Assembly: GCA_963770835.1 (NCBI GenBank)
Contig: CAVYRH010000005.1
Coordinates: 348,051 to 412,050, forward strand
Length of the DNA: 64,000 bases
Direction: 5' to 3'
Source: an uncultured Pseudomonadota bacterium
GTDB taxonomy: Bacteria > Oederibacteriota > Muellerivitia > Muellerivitales > Muellerivitaceae
Shown here: one piece after another, positions 38,589 to 49,752 of the stretch
Numbering within the stretch: position 1 is the stretch's first letter
How the letters are laid out: each line of letters begins with the position of its first letter
Notes under the pieces: model-generated
Seen by the model: the letters and a program-made list of their open reading frames with translations, nothing else
Databases searched by the model: none
What the model was told of the DNA's origin: nothing
Made by a program: the position numbers and the translations under genes

Positions 38589-40784
38589 ATGGGTCTTCAA
38601 TTAAAGAAAAGCCGCAACCTTGGGATAGGATTGGCCGTTTTCTTAGGCCTTCTTGGGGAAGAACTCATGTCCCGTCGTGAGGCCGAGTGGACCCTTTGGA
38701 GCGGGTTGGCGCTTTTAGGTTTATCCGCTTGGATTCTCCTCCGCTATATTCCCCCCCCGTCTGCCATTTCATCAGCCCCCAAGCCCTGGAGTCCTCCCCT
38801 GGAATGGGCTGCCTTTGTTTTCGCTTTAGGAATCGGCGCTTTTTGCCGGTGGTACCAACTGGACCGCATTCCGGCGGGCATTTTTATGGACGAAGGAAGC
38901 TGGGGATGGGGCGCGGAAAAAATCCTTTACGACGGATGGCGGCCGTTTTACGACCATCACCTGCGTCCCTTCTATGAAACTTCCGGTCTGGGAGTTTGGG
39001 AACTGTTTAGTTATTACTTCCTAGCCGCCTGGTTCTGGCTGGTCGAGCCTTCCCGCTGGTCCCTTTTTTCATTCTCCAATCTATTTTCCCTCCTGGGTGC
39101 AATGCTGGCTTATTGGGTTTTCCGCCAATGGACCAACGCCCGAACGGCATGGGTGGGGCTTTTTTTCATGGTCACGCTCAGGTGGTACCTGAATTTCAGC
39201 CGTTGCGCCCATCCTGCTTATGACGTGCCCTTTTACCTTTGCGGCACCCTGGCCTTCTGGCTCTATTCCCATAAGACCGACCGCCTTTGGGCCTGGATCG
39301 CTTGCGCCATTTTCCTTTCCGCCGGTTTTTACGCCTACCCAGCCCTTCTGGTCATGCCTTTGCTGGTGGCCTTGTGGGCTTTTTATGAATGGAAGAAGCA
39401 AGTTTCGAACCGGCCAAAACTTTTCCGGCGATACCTTTTGGGGTTCGCAATGACACTTCTATTTAGTGCCCCCATATGGGTTGGGATGATCCTTCGCCAC
39501 AGCTTGGGCGCACGGGAAGAACAAGACTGGTTTTTTTCGAAGGCTCAGTCGGATGCAGGGATCGCTTTCCTGCGGCATTTTTTCCATTTTGCCCTGATGT
39601 TTGACCGGCAAGGCGACTGGTGGCCCATTCATAATTGGCCAAATTACCGCATGTTGGACCCCGTCACAGGCTTCCTGTTTTTCATCGGTTTGATCTATGC
39701 CATTCGAAATTGGAAAGAACAGCCTTTCTTTTACTGCTTGTGCGGGATTTTTGTGATGGCTTTACCAGGACTTTTAACCGCGTCGGATGCCCCCGTCAGC
39801 CACGTCATCGGAATGATCCCATTCATTGTTTATCTCGCCGCCCAATCCTTCACTCGTTTATGGGACTCCTTGGATCTTAAAACCGCCTTTTCCCGGAAAA
39901 CCTACTTTGGGATAGCTTTCCTCCTTCTCGCCGGCATGGGTTGGAGCAACTTTTACGACTACTTTTACCGGCAGGAAAGGGACCCAGTGGTATGTACCGC
40001 TTTTTATCCCGACGCGACGGCCGTGGGGGAACGGGTGCAACAAGGTGGGGAAAGTGAAGTGGTTCTTGTCCCTAAATTTTTTGGGAATTTCATCGTCAAC
40101 TTCCTGGCTTACAAGAAAGCTGCCAACTTTCAATTATTGAATACCTGGACCCTTTCCTGGGGTGGCTCAGGCAAAGTCGAAAAAACCTTATTGTTCGTAC
40201 TGGATGAGGGAAAGACCGGGTTGCTTCCGCTGCTCCAAAAGACATATCCCGGTGGATCAACTGAGATTTACGAATACTTTAAAGGCTGGCCCTTGGTTTA
40301 CTTTTACAGGGTTCCGGCAGGAAGCCCCCATTGGAAGGGAACTGTAGGAGGCATCCAGGGAGTCTACTGGGCCTCCGGCGATTGGAGTGGGCCGCCGGTT
40401 TTGGCCCGTGCCGACCCCATCCTGAATTTCACTTTCCGCAGCGATTTCGGCTTGGCGGACTTTAAAACCCTTTCGGCCCGGTGGACGGGGTTCGTGGCGG
40501 TGCCCGAATCGGGCTCTTATTCCTTCCTCACCCTGACGACCGACCAGTCGGCGGTCCGGGTGGACGGGCGGAAGGTCATGGAAGGGCATGGAACCCAGGA
40601 GGGGGTGGTTTTCCTCAAGCCGGGCCGCCATCCGATCCAGGTCGACTTCCAAAAAAATTCCGGCGTGGACACGGCTTTCAACCTTTTGTGGAAGATGCCG
40701 GGAAGCCAAAATTACCGGATTGTCCCTTTTTGGCAATGGAGCCAGCCGTTTCGGCGGCCACATCCCAGGGCTTCGAACACTTGA
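38589..40784 (+). CDS. GT-C glycosyltransferase (PMT/ArnT-like) with C-terminal PA14 domain
   Basis: PAGIFMDEG catalytic loop after TM1, about 11-13 TMs, SARWTGFVAVPESGSYSF..TDQSAVRVDG PA14 segment. Confidence 0.8.
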   Translation: MGLQLKKSRNLGIGLAVFLGLLGEELMSRREAEWTLWSGLALLGLSAWILLRYIPPPSAISSAPKPWSPPLEWAAFVFALGIGAFCRWYQLDRIPAGIFMDEGSWGWGAEKILYDGWRPFYDHHLRPFYETSGLGVWELFSYYFLAAWFWLVEPSRWSLFSFSNLFSLLGAMLAYWVFRQWTNARTAWVGLFFMVTLRWYLNFSRCAHPAYDVPFYLCGTLAFWLYSHKTDRLWAWIACAIFLSAGFYAYPALLVMPLLVALWAFYEWKKQVSNRPKLFRRYLLGFAMTLLFSAPIWVGMILRHSLGAREEQDWFFSKAQSDAGIAFLRHFFHFALMFDRQGDWWPIHNWPNYRMLDPVTGFLFFIGLIYAIRNWKEQPFFYCLCGIFVMALPGLLTASDAPVSHVIGMIPFIVYLAAQSFTRLWDSLDLKTAFSRKTYFGIAFLLLAGMGWSNFYDYFYRQERDPVVCTAFYPDATAVGERVQQGGESEVVLVPKFFGNFIVNFLAYKKAANFQLLNTWTLSWGGSGKVEKTLLFVLDEGKTGLLPLLQKTYPGGSTEIYEYFKGWPLVYFYRVPAGSPHWKGTVGGIQGVYWASGDWSGPPVLARADPILNFTFRSDFGLADFKTLSARWTGFVAVPESGSYSFLTLTTDQSAVRVDGRKVMEGHGTQEGVVFLKPGRHPIQVDFQKNSGVDTAFNLLWKMPGSQNYRIVPFWQWSQPFRRPHPRASNT

Positions 40785-40874
40785 AAAGCCAGTATTTTAG
40801 GCTTGTTCGCCAATAGCAAATCCCTTATGTTAAATTTCCTGTTTTTCCAGAATTAAAGCCCGGATTTGGACATT

Positions 40875-41807
40875 ATGGCCCTTTCATTGCAAGACCTCAT
40901 TCTTACCCTGGACCAGTATTGGAGCCGCCAGGGTTGCGTGATTCAACAACCTTACGACCTGGAAAAGGGCGCTGGCACCTTTAATCCCGCCACCTTTTTT
41001 CGTGTCTTGGGCCCCGAACCTTTCCATGTGGCCTACGTGGACCCCTGCCGCCGCCCCAAGGACGGACGGTACGGAGAAAACCCCAATCGCATGCAGCATT
41101 ACTATCAGTACCAGATCATCCTCAAGCCCTCCCCAGAAAATATGGTGGAGATGTACCTGGAAAGCCTGGAGGAAATCGGCATTCGGCAGGACGAACACGA
41201 CATCCGCTTCGTGGAGGACGACTGGGAATCCCCCACTTTGGGCGCCTCAGGGCTGGGCTGGCAGGTTTGGATGGACGGCATTGAAATCACCCAATTCACT
41301 TTTTTCCAGACCACAGGCGGCCTGGAATTGAAACCCGTTTCGGGCGAAATCACCTTCGGCCTGGAGCGTATCGCCACCGTCATCCAAGGCGTCAACAGCG
41401 TTTGGGACCTCCATTACGGTGGAAAAAACATCACCTATCGGGACATTTTCCTCCAGGCCGAGAAACAGTTCTCCGCTTTCAATTTTGAACAGGCCAACAC
41501 CAAGATGCTATTGCGACATTTCAAGGACTACGAGGGAGAAGCCAAACGTCTGCTGGAACTGAAACTGACGGCCCCGGCTTATGATTACGTCATCAAGGCT
41601 TCCCACACCTTCAACCTGCTGGATGCCCGGGGCGCTATTTCAGTGGCGGAGCGCACAAACTATATCGCCCGCGTGAGGGGGATGGCCAAGGCTGTGGCGA
41701 CGGCTTACGTGAAGGAAAGGGAAGAACTGGGTTTTCCCTTGCTGAGAAAGGTTCAAAAGAAAGAAAAAGAAGGGCAGGATCTGGCCCGTTATTTTGAAAA
41801 TACTTAA
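40875..41807 (+). CDS. glyQ: Glycine--tRNA ligase alpha subunit
   Basis: [39 protein letters not shown]. Confidence 0.97.
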   Translation: MALSLQDLILTLDQYWSRQGCVIQQPYDLEKGAGTFNPATFFRVLGPEPFHVAYVDPCRRPKDGRYGENPNRMQHYYQYQIILKPSPENMVEMYLESLEEIGIRQDEHDIRFVEDDWESPTLGASGLGWQVWMDGIEITQFTFFQTTGGLELKPVSGEITFGLERIATVIQGVNSVWDLHYGGKNITYRDIFLQAEKQFSAFNFEQANTKMLLRHFKDYEGEAKRLLELKLTAPAYDYVIKASHTFNLLDARGAISVAERTNYIARVRGMAKAVATAYVKEREELGFPLLRKVQKKEKEGQDLARYFENT

Positions 41808-41846
41808 GCGACTTTCCATTTTGTTGTCAGGGCTACAGGGACTTTA

Positions 41847-43955
41847 ATGATCTTAAAAGACGCAGTGCTTGAAATCGGATGCGAGGAGCTTCCTTCTTCC
41901 TATATCCGCCCGGCCATCGACCAGATGGTGGTAGCCGCGGAAGCTTCCCTCAAGGACCACCGCATTTCCTACCAGCACCTCTATACCTATTACACTCCAC
42001 GCCGACTGGCGCTTTTCTTCAAGGGCCTTCCCGAAATGCAGCAGGATTCCAGCAAGGAAGTCACCGGGCCCCTGGTATCGGTGGCTTTCGACGAGCACGG
42101 CCTTCCCACCCGGGCCGGGGAGGGGTTCGCCAAGGCCCAGGGTGTTTCGGCGGCGTCCCTGAAGCGAAAAATGACCCCCAAGGGCGAAGTCGTGGTGGCC
42201 CTTAAAAAGGGCGGAGGACGGCTCACTTGCGAGATCCTGGCGGAAGTTTTTCCCGAGGTCATCAAGAAAATCCGCTTCCCCAAGGTTCAGCGCTGGGGAA
42301 ACGGCGATTTCCTTTTCGCCCGGCCCATCCGCTGGATCTGCGCGGTCTTTTCCCGTTCCGTCATCGCCTTTGAGATCGCCGGTCTTTACAGCAGCCGCGA
42401 GACGCGAGGTTTACGGGCCTTGAAACAAGGGCCTTTGGACGTGGTGGAAGCGGGGGATTACCTGGAAGTCCTCAAACAGGCGGGCGTGATCGCAGACCCC
42501 GATGAGCGCCGCCAGATGATTTGGAACAGGGTGCAACTGGCCGCGGCGGAAAAAGAGACCCTCGTCATTCCCGATCCGGACCTCTTGGGTGATGTAAATA
42601 ACCTCATTGAATCGCCAGATGTGATCATGGGTTCCTTCGACCCGAAATACCTCGAACTTCCGGAACAAGTCATTGTGACCGCCATGCGAGAACACCAAAA
42701 ATACTTTGCCGCGCGTGATAGGGAAGGGGTCCTGGTCCCCTGTTTCATCGGCGTCATCAACGGCACGCCGAGGGACAAAAGTGTCGTAATCCGGGCCAAT
42801 GAGGGTGTGTTAAAGGCCCGTTTGGAGGATGCCCGGTTCTTCGTGGCCGAAGACATGAAGGTTCCCCTGGAAACCTGGGCAGAAAAACTTTCCGGCATCA
42901 CTTGGCTGGAGGGAATGGGAAGCATGGCTTACAAATCCCAAAGGCTCTCGAGTTTGACCCGGAAATTGGGACCTCTTTGTGGGATACCAGCTGAAAAAGT
43001 AAAAATTGCCGAAGAAGCAGCGCTTTTGTGCAAGGCGGACTTAGCCACCAACATTATCCGCGAGAAGGAATTCAACAGCCTTCAGGGATATATGGGAGGT
43101 TATTACGTGATCCGACAAGGAAAACAAGAAGTGGGCGAAGCTATTCAACGGCATTATTGGCCGCGTTTTTCCGGCGACAAACTTCCTGGTACAAAGGAAT
43201 CATCCCTTTTGAGCATGGCGGACAAGCTGGATACCATCGTGGGTTGTTTCAAGGCGCGGATTATCCCCACCGGATCCCAGGACCCCTTCGCCCTGAGGCG
43301 CCAGGCCTTGGGCGTGCTCCAAATCCTGCTTGAGAATAAATACAAGGTTTCCCTGGAAGACTTAGTCAAGGCGGTGGAAAAGCAATACGGGGAAAAGTCC
43401 AAAGGCAAGGAAATTCCGGAAATTCTGGATTTCCTCAAGGGTCGGCTGCAAACGGTGCTCGAAGCCAAGGGGCTTTCCTACGACGTGATCAATGCCGTTA
43501 CCGCCACCGAAGCGCCGACCCTTATTGAAATGGTCGCAAAGGCCGAGACGGTCCAGAAGAACAAGATGGACTTGGATTTTCAAAAACTGGTCACCGCCGC
43601 GGGCCGGGTACTGCGCATCCTTCCTGAGAAAAAAGTTTCGGACAAGGTGTCCAAGCTTCTTTTGAAGTTGGAAGAAGAAAAAGACCTCTATGAAAAGATT
43701 CAATTCGCCCAGAAATTAGTCGGGGATACGGACCATGACAGCGAGGGATATTACGGGGAAATCTTGGGGCATCTTGAGACCCTGGTGGATCCTATCCACA
43801 CTTTCTTTGAAAAGGTCATGGTCATGGATAAGAACGCTAAGGTTCGCAACAACCGTCTCGCCCTCCTCAAGCAAGCAGCGGATCTTCTTTTAGTGCTGTG
43901 CGATTTTAGGAAACTGGTTTACAACTCGGAGGCCTCTTCCACCCCCTCCGCTTAA
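41847..43955 (+). CDS. glyS: Glycine--tRNA ligase beta subunit
   Basis: EIGCEELP, TPRRL, FARPIRW, ADKLDT, GSQDPFALRR, RNNRLALL. Confidence 0.96.
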   Translation: MILKDAVLEIGCEELPSSYIRPAIDQMVVAAEASLKDHRISYQHLYTYYTPRRLALFFKGLPEMQQDSSKEVTGPLVSVAFDEHGLPTRAGEGFAKAQGVSAASLKRKMTPKGEVVVALKKGGGRLTCEILAEVFPEVIKKIRFPKVQRWGNGDFLFARPIRWICAVFSRSVIAFEIAGLYSSRETRGLRALKQGPLDVVEAGDYLEVLKQAGVIADPDERRQMIWNRVQLAAAEKETLVIPDPDLLGDVNNLIESPDVIMGSFDPKYLELPEQVIVTAMREHQKYFAARDREGVLVPCFIGVINGTPRDKSVVIRANEGVLKARLEDARFFVAEDMKVPLETWAEKLSGITWLEGMGSMAYKSQRLSSLTRKLGPLCGIPAEKVKIAEEAALLCKADLATNIIREKEFNSLQGYMGGYYVIRQGKQEVGEAIQRHYWPRFSGDKLPGTKESSLLSMADKLDTIVGCFKARIIPTGSQDPFALRRQALGVLQILLENKYKVSLEDLVKAVEKQYGEKSKGKEIPEILDFLKGRLQTVLEAKGLSYDVINAVTATEAPTLIEMVAKAETVQKNKMDLDFQKLVTAAGRVLRILPEKKVSDKVSKLLLKLEEEKDLYEKIQFAQKLVGDTDHDSEGYYGEILGHLETLVDPIHTFFEKVMVMDKNAKVRNNRLALLKQAADLLLVLCDFRKLVYNSEASSTPSA

Positions 43956-44053
43956 CTGGTAGAACGTTCTTCTGAACAATTTCGTTGTTTCAAAATTTCT
44001 TTGGACATCAAAATTTTCGCCTTTTCTAAGCTCTTTATTTAACAACCCCCTCA

Positions 44054-44081
44054 TTGCAATCAAGAAGGGGTTTGCTAGAAT
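44054..44081 (+). promoter_or_regulatory. Putative sigma70 promoter of ppdK
   Basis: TTGCAA-16-TAGAAT with extended -10 TG. Confidence 0.55.
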
Positions 44082-44204
44082 AAGGCCCCTTTTTGGACAG
44101 CGGCCAATAAGCCTGTTGATAACCGCCGTCGGCCGAACCTTTCTGTAAAAATTTTATCCGTTTAGAACCGATCAACGTGTCTTTAACTTTTTAGGAGGAG
44201 TCCC

Positions 44205-46997
44205 ATGCCGAAAGTCGCCACTAAGAAATCATCCTCGAAGTCCAAATCCAAGCCGGCCGCCGGCATCAAGGGCAAGAAATTCGTCTTTTTCTTCGGAAAC
44301 GGAAAAGCCGAAGGAACCGGCACCATGAAGGCCGAGCTGGGCGGCAAGGGCGCGGGCCTCGCCGAGATGACCAACGCGGGCGTGCCCGTCCCCCCGGGAT
44401 TCACCATTACCACCGAGACCTGCCGCATTTATTACGAGAGCGGTAAGAAGGTTCCCGAGTCCATCGACAAGGAAATGCAGGTCCACTTGGCCCGTCTGGA
44501 AAAGGTCCTGGGCAAGAAATTCGGCGACCGCAACAATCCTCTCCTGGTTTCCGTCCGTTCCGGCGCCAAATTCTCCATGCCGGGCATGATGGATACCATC
44601 CTGAACCTGGGATTGAATGACGAGACCATCAAGGGTTTGGTCGCTTCCACTAGTAACGAGCGCTTTGCCTGGGATTCCTACCGCCGCTTCATCCAAATGT
44701 ATGGAAACGTGGTCATGGAAATGGGCAAGGAAGTTTTCGAACACGTGATTAGCCATATGAAAGAGGAAAAAGGCGTGAAGCTCGATACCGAGTTGTCCGC
44801 TTCCGACTTGAAAGAAATGGTCGAGAAATTCAAGAGTCTCATCAAGGAAAAAACCGGCAAGGCCTTTCCCCAGGACGTTATGGCCCAGTTGCGCGGCGCC
44901 CGTGATGCAGTATTTCGTTCCTGGATGAACGACCGCGCTATCTATTACCGCAAGCAAAACGACATCCCTCACGATATCGGAACCGCCGTCAACGTGCAAT
45001 CCATGGTGTTCGGAAACATGGGCGACGACTCGGGCACGGGAGTGGGGTTCACCCGCAATCCGGCCACGGGAGAGAAGAAGTTCTACGGCGAGTATCTTTT
45101 GAACGCCCAAGGCGAGGATGTGGTGGCCGGTGTCCGCACACCGCTACCCATTGCAAACCTGGAAAAGGACATGCCGAAGGTTTACAAACAGCTTTATGAA
45201 ACAACTAAGAAACTGGAAAAGCACTACCGCGACATCCAGGATTTCGAGTTCACCATCGAGAAAAACAAGCTTTTCATGCTCCAGACCCGCACGGGCAAGC
45301 GCACGGCGGCGGCGGCGGTCAAGATCGCCATCGACTTGGTGGCCGAAAAGCTCATTACTAAGGAAGAAGCCCTGCAACGGGTGGAACCCATCCAATTGGA
45401 TCAGTTGCTCCATCCCGTGTTCGACCCCAAGGCCCCAAAAGAGGTCATGACTAAAGGCTTGCCGGCGTCGCCCGGTGCGGCTACCGGTCAAGCGGTCTTT
45501 ACGGCCGATGACGCGGTTCATTTCAAGAGCGAAGGCAAGAAAACCATCCTGGTCCGCCTGGAAACCTCTCCCGACGACATTCACGGCATGGACGCGGCAG
45601 AGGGTATCTTGACCGCCCGAGGTGGCATGACGAGCCACGCGGCCGTCGTGGCGCGCGGCATGGGCAAGACCTGCGTGGCCGGTTGCGAATCCATCAAGGT
45701 GGATGAGCACAACAAGCGTTTTTCCGTTAATGGCACGGTCATCAATGAGGGGGACTGGATTTCCATCAATGGCTCCACCGGGGAAGTCATCAAAGGGAAG
45801 GTGTCCACCATCGATCCGGAGCTTTCGGGTGATTTCGGAACTCTCATGAACTGGGCGGACGAATACCGCACTTTGAAGGTGCGTGCCAATGGGGATATTC
45901 CGCGTGACGCCAAGGTGGCCCGTGGCTTCGGGGCCGAAGGTATCGGCCTTTGCCGCACCGAGCACATGTTTTTCGACGAGGACCGCCTGCCCCTGATGCA
46001 GGCCATGATCCTCGCCACGGATGAGGCCTCCCGCCGGGAAGCCTTGAAGCAATTGCTTCCCATGCAGAAATCCGATTTCCTCGGCCTCTTTGAAGCTATG
46101 GAAGGGTTTCCGGTGACGGTCCGGTTCCTCGACCCCCCCCTCCATGAGTTCCTGCCCAAAAGGGAAGAGCTCATGGTCGAGATCGCCAAGATGGAAGCCA
46201 CCAACACGAACACCACCTCCAACGAAATAATCAAGAAGGCCGTGGAGCTGGTCAAGGAAGGCGGCTCGGACCTTCAGAAGGCCAAGCGGCTTCTGGCGCG
46301 CGTGGAAGAACTGCACGAGTTCAACCCCATGCTGGGCCACCGCGGCTGCCGTTTGGGCATCACCTATCCGGAGATCACCGAGATGCAGACCGAGGCCGTC
46401 ATTTCGGCCGCCTGCGAATTGGTGAAGAAGGGAAAAAAGATCGTGCCCGAGATCATGATTCCCCTGGTTGGAGACGTGGCCGAACTCAAGAACCAGAAAG
46501 CCATCGTGATCAAGAAGACCGAGGAAACCATCCAAAAGTACGGGGTGAAACTGGAGTACCTGATCGGCACCATGATCGAACTGCCCCGGGCGGCGGTCAC
46601 CGCCGACAAAATCGCGGAACAGGCCGACTTTTTCAGCTTTGGAACCAACGACTTGACCCAGACCACCTTCGGGTTCTCCCGCGACGATACCGCGAAGATT
46701 ATCCGCTACTACCAGGACAACGGGATCTATGAGAAGGATCCCTTCCAGGTATTGGACCGTAACGGCGTAGGCCAATTGGTCAGGATGGGAGTGGAGAAAG
46801 GCCGTAGCGTGAAACCCAAGCTCAAAGTGGGCATTTGCGGGGAGCACGGCGGCGATCCCAACTCCGTGGAGTTCTGCCACATCGTGGGGTTGAACTACGT
46901 TTCCTGTTCGCCCTACCGCGTTCCTATCGCCCGCTTGGCCGCCGCTCAAGCCGCCATCCGGCATTCAGGCAAGGGAAAAGAATACTCGTCGAAATAA
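44205..46997 (+). CDS. ppdK: Pyruvate, phosphate dikinase
   Basis: LGGKGAGLAEM, SMPGMMDT, GGMTSHAAVVARG (phospho-His), GIGLCRTEHMF, GICGEHGG. Confidence 0.98.
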   Translation: MPKVATKKSSSKSKSKPAAGIKGKKFVFFFGNGKAEGTGTMKAELGGKGAGLAEMTNAGVPVPPGFTITTETCRIYYESGKKVPESIDKEMQVHLARLEKVLGKKFGDRNNPLLVSVRSGAKFSMPGMMDTILNLGLNDETIKGLVASTSNERFAWDSYRRFIQMYGNVVMEMGKEVFEHVISHMKEEKGVKLDTELSASDLKEMVEKFKSLIKEKTGKAFPQDVMAQLRGARDAVFRSWMNDRAIYYRKQNDIPHDIGTAVNVQSMVFGNMGDDSGTGVGFTRNPATGEKKFYGEYLLNAQGEDVVAGVRTPLPIANLEKDMPKVYKQLYETTKKLEKHYRDIQDFEFTIEKNKLFMLQTRTGKRTAAAAVKIAIDLVAEKLITKEEALQRVEPIQLDQLLHPVFDPKAPKEVMTKGLPASPGAATGQAVFTADDAVHFKSEGKKTILVRLETSPDDIHGMDAAEGILTARGGMTSHAAVVARGMGKTCVAGCESIKVDEHNKRFSVNGTVINEGDWISINGSTGEVIKGKVSTIDPELSGDFGTLMNWADEYRTLKVRANGDIPRDAKVARGFGAEGIGLCRTEHMFFDEDRLPLMQAMILATDEASRREALKQLLPMQKSDFLGLFEAMEGFPVTVRFLDPPLHEFLPKREELMVEIAKMEATNTNTTSNEIIKKAVELVKEGGSDLQKAKRLLARVEELHEFNPMLGHRGCRLGITYPEITEMQTEAVISAACELVKKGKKIVPEIMIPLVGDVAELKNQKAIVIKKTEETIQKYGVKLEYLIGTMIELPRAAVTADKIAEQADFFSFGTNDLTQTTFGFSRDDTAKIIRYYQDNGIYEKDPFQVLDRNGVGQLVRMGVEKGRSVKPKLKVGICGEHGGDPNSVEFCHIVGLNYVSCSPYRVPIARLAAAQAAIRHSGKGKEYSSK

Positions 46998-47008
46998 ATC
47001 AGTTTGAG

Positions 47009-47040
47009 AAGGGGCGGGGAAATTCCCCGCCCCTTTTTTC
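47009..47040 (+). terminator. Rho-independent terminator after ppdK
   Basis: AAGGGGCGGGGA-aat-TCCCCGCCCCTT then T run. Confidence 0.9.
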
Positions 47041-47138
47041 TTTTACCGGCTCCAAACGTTTTTTGTTATAGTAACAAAGTTTTCCCTGACTTTTGCCGCG
47101 CCTCTTCCTAAATTCACCTAGAGGTAATAAAGCCGTCC

Positions 47139-49139
47139 ATGAAAAGAAAAGTTCCCCTTATTTTCCTGTTGTTCATTACCACTTCCTCCTTCGCCTCCAC
47201 CAACGTTCCCAACTCTCTCTCCGGCGACAACCAATGGAATTCCGACGGTAATCCCTACATTGTCCAGGGTAAAGTCGTCGTTCCCAAAGGCGTCACCCTC
47301 CGGATTGGGCCCAATGTGAAGGTGGTCTTCCAAGGGGCCTCCGCTCTCGAAGTGGACGGTACCTTGGATGTGACGGGCTCCGCCGCCGCCCCGGTGGTCT
47401 TTGATATGACCCAAGGCGGCCTGCAAAGCGAAGTTTTTCTCAACGGCGCGGACGCAGATATTTCCAACGCCAAGTTTTTAAGCGGCGTTTTCCTGGCCCA
47501 GGACTCGAATTTACACTTGCAATGGTTTGAGATGACCAAAGGAAGCGGGCTTTATTTGCGGGGAACCACCACGGCGGTAGTGAAGAACGGGAAGATTTAC
47601 GGGAATGCCACCGGGATTGTGTTGGACGGGAAAACCAAGGCCACCCTCGAATTCAACACCCTCACCCAAAACAGCTATGGTCTTTACCTCAAAAGCTACT
47701 CGGAGTTGGAATTCAAGAATAACAGCGTCCACGACAATGACAAGGAAGTGGTCAACAGCACGCCCGCCGTCAATTTAGGGGGCAACTATTGGGGAACGAC
47801 CGATGCCCAAACCGTTACGCCCAAGTTACAGGGGCCCGTCAACATAGGGCCGGTGGTGTCCCTAAAAGACCTCCTGAGGGTCTACATCAAAACCCAGCTT
47901 CCGGAGATTACTAAGGAGATGTCGGTGGCCTTGGTGAAGAAGGAAAAACGTCAAGCGGTTGAAATGGCCAAAAAGGCCAAGGAACAAAAAGCAGCCACTG
48001 TTGCGGCCCAAGCCCCCGTCACGCCTCCCCCGGCTCCGGTAGCCGAGGCCCCGGCGCCTCCTCCTCCGCCCGCCGCCTCAGCGCAAGCCAATGTCCCTGA
48101 AACAACAGCCCCGGAAGCAGCTTCGCTAGCCACGCCGGAAACCGCTGCAGCCCCCGCTCCCGTGGAGGAGACGGGCGTGGTCAAGACCGTTCAAGTGAAA
48201 CAGCTTCCCCCCGCGCCCCACAAGTTGGAGCCCCTTAGCCTGCCCCCCGACCAGGGAGATCTTGCCGAAGAGCCACCTTCGGCTCCCCCGGCTAATGCTG
48301 AAAATCCCGTAGTTTCAACAACGCCCCCTTCGCCTGGGAATGAAACAGCGCCGCCCGCACCCCCAGCCGCTCCGGAAGTTCCTTTACCGCCTTCTACTAC
48401 GGCTGGAACCGAAGTTTCTCCTCCGCCTCCTGCGTCTTCCGAAACGGCTCCCCCGATTCCCCCGGAAGTGACCGGTTCATCCAGCCCGGCAACGGAAACC
48501 GGTGTCCCATCCGCGCCTCCAGTTCCTCCCGCTGCGGATGTTATTGCCCCGCCGGACATTGAGACTTCTACGACCCCACCCCCGCCACCCGTCACAACAG
48601 GGAACAACACCCCGGCGGCTTCCACTAGCCCGCAATCGGTTCCAACTCCGCCCGAGCTGAACGAGCAAGTGCCACCCACGCCTCCGGAAGTAGAGGCGGC
48701 CCCTTCAGCGGTTTCAACACCGACGAGCGCACCGCCTGCTTCCCAGCCGACCACCAACGCCACCTCCCCTCCCCCGCCGCCTGCGGTTCCTTCGGCATTC
48801 TCAGAGCAATCCAATACGGCGCCTTCCGCCGAATCCCCGGCTCTTCAATTGGGAACAGAGCCGACGGAAAACCAACAAAAGGCCGTCAAATCCCTGGATG
48901 GTGTGAATGGTGACATTGACGGTATGCAACCTCCGCCCCTGGACATCGACGTTCCCGCTTCTTCCGCTCCCGACGTGCCAGCCATCCCGTCAGCGAACGG
49001 GGCTCAAACGCAAAAATCGAATGATTCGGGCGTGGTTCTGCCGCCTATCAAGGACTCGGACGTGGCGCCGCCCAAGGACTTGGACCTTCCCCCCACGGAC
49101 GACCTGGGGAACGTCAACCTCGACTCGAAAAATAAATAA
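47139..49139 (+). CDS. Secreted protein: N-terminal parallel beta-helix plus long Pro/Ala/Thr-rich tail
   Basis: Signal peptide; WNSDGNPYIV..VPKGVTLRIGP..; NLGGNYWGTTD; about 370 aa low-complexity C-terminus. Confidence 0.7.
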   Translation: MKRKVPLIFLLFITTSSFASTNVPNSLSGDNQWNSDGNPYIVQGKVVVPKGVTLRIGPNVKVVFQGASALEVDGTLDVTGSAAAPVVFDMTQGGLQSEVFLNGADADISNAKFLSGVFLAQDSNLHLQWFEMTKGSGLYLRGTTTAVVKNGKIYGNATGIVLDGKTKATLEFNTLTQNSYGLYLKSYSELEFKNNSVHDNDKEVVNSTPAVNLGGNYWGTTDAQTVTPKLQGPVNIGPVVSLKDLLRVYIKTQLPEITKEMSVALVKKEKRQAVEMAKKAKEQKAATVAAQAPVTPPPAPVAEAPAPPPPPAASAQANVPETTAPEAASLATPETAAAPAPVEETGVVKTVQVKQLPPAPHKLEPLSLPPDQGDLAEEPPSAPPANAENPVVSTTPPSPGNETAPPAPPAAPEVPLPPSTTAGTEVSPPPPASSETAPPIPPEVTGSSSPATETGVPSAPPVPPAADVIAPPDIETSTTPPPPPVTTGNNTPAASTSPQSVPTPPELNEQVPPTPPEVEAAPSAVSTPTSAPPASQPTTNATSPPPPPAVPSAFSEQSNTAPSAESPALQLGTEPTENQQKAVKSLDGVNGDIDGMQPPPLDIDVPASSAPDVPAIPSANGAQTQKSNDSGVVLPPIKDSDVAPPKDLDLPPTDDLGNVNLDSKNK

Positions 49140-49249
49140 TAACCAGTGACGGGCGCCGATAAACCAAACGATTTTTTGAATCTTCCTGTTGAAAACTCAT
49201 CCTTAAATTTGTGTTAATCTGTGGCTAAACCTTTTTACCGAGGTGTTTG

Positions 49250-49729
49250 ATGCCGATTCAAGTAGCCCTGTTCACTATAGGTGACCGTTTTGTTTCTGGG
49301 AGCGCCAAGGACGAGGCGGGGGAAAACCTCAACGCCTCCTGCCTGAAGATGGGTTGGGAGGTCGTCACGCGCCAGGCCTTGGGCGATGACGAACAGGCCT
49401 TGGCCAGCCACCTGCTTCAAACCGCCGACAGCGGCACGGTGGATATCATTTTTACAGTGGATGGCATCGGCGTCCAACCCAAGGACCGGGTTCCTGAGGC
49501 CATGTATCAGGTATGCGAGAAATGGATGCCGGGTTTGTCCGAACTGATCCGCAATAAGGCCCATGAGAAAACCCCTTTGGTGGCTTTGACCCGCGGGGTG
49601 GCGGGCATTCGCGGCAGGACTATTCTCATCAACATGCCGGGCTCTCCCACGGCGGTTAAGGACTCCATGGAGGTCTTAAGGCCTGTCCTTCGACTGGCCG
49701 TGGAGCAGGTCAAGGGGGTTTCGGTTTAG
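49250..49729 (+). CDS. MogA/MoaB family molybdopterin-binding domain protein (divergent)
   Basis: DRVPEA, RGVAGIRGRTILINMPGSP; canonical TGGTG appears as VDGIG. Confidence 0.8.
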   Translation: MPIQVALFTIGDRFVSGSAKDEAGENLNASCLKMGWEVVTRQALGDDEQALASHLLQTADSGTVDIIFTVDGIGVQPKDRVPEAMYQVCEKWMPGLSELIRNKAHEKTPLVALTRGVAGIRGRTILINMPGSPTAVKDSMEVLRPVLRLAVEQVKGVSV

Positions 49730-49752
49730 GTGGCCAATCCGGCCCCGTTTCT

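Noticed and set aside
40785..40874. Possible T-box upstream of glyQ (also considered for tyrS)
   Set aside because: Leaders too short and no T-box consensus.
45144..46964. 606-aa antisense ORF over ppdK
   Set aside because: Shadow ORF expected from strong GC3 codon bias in a conserved gene; no recognisable motifs.
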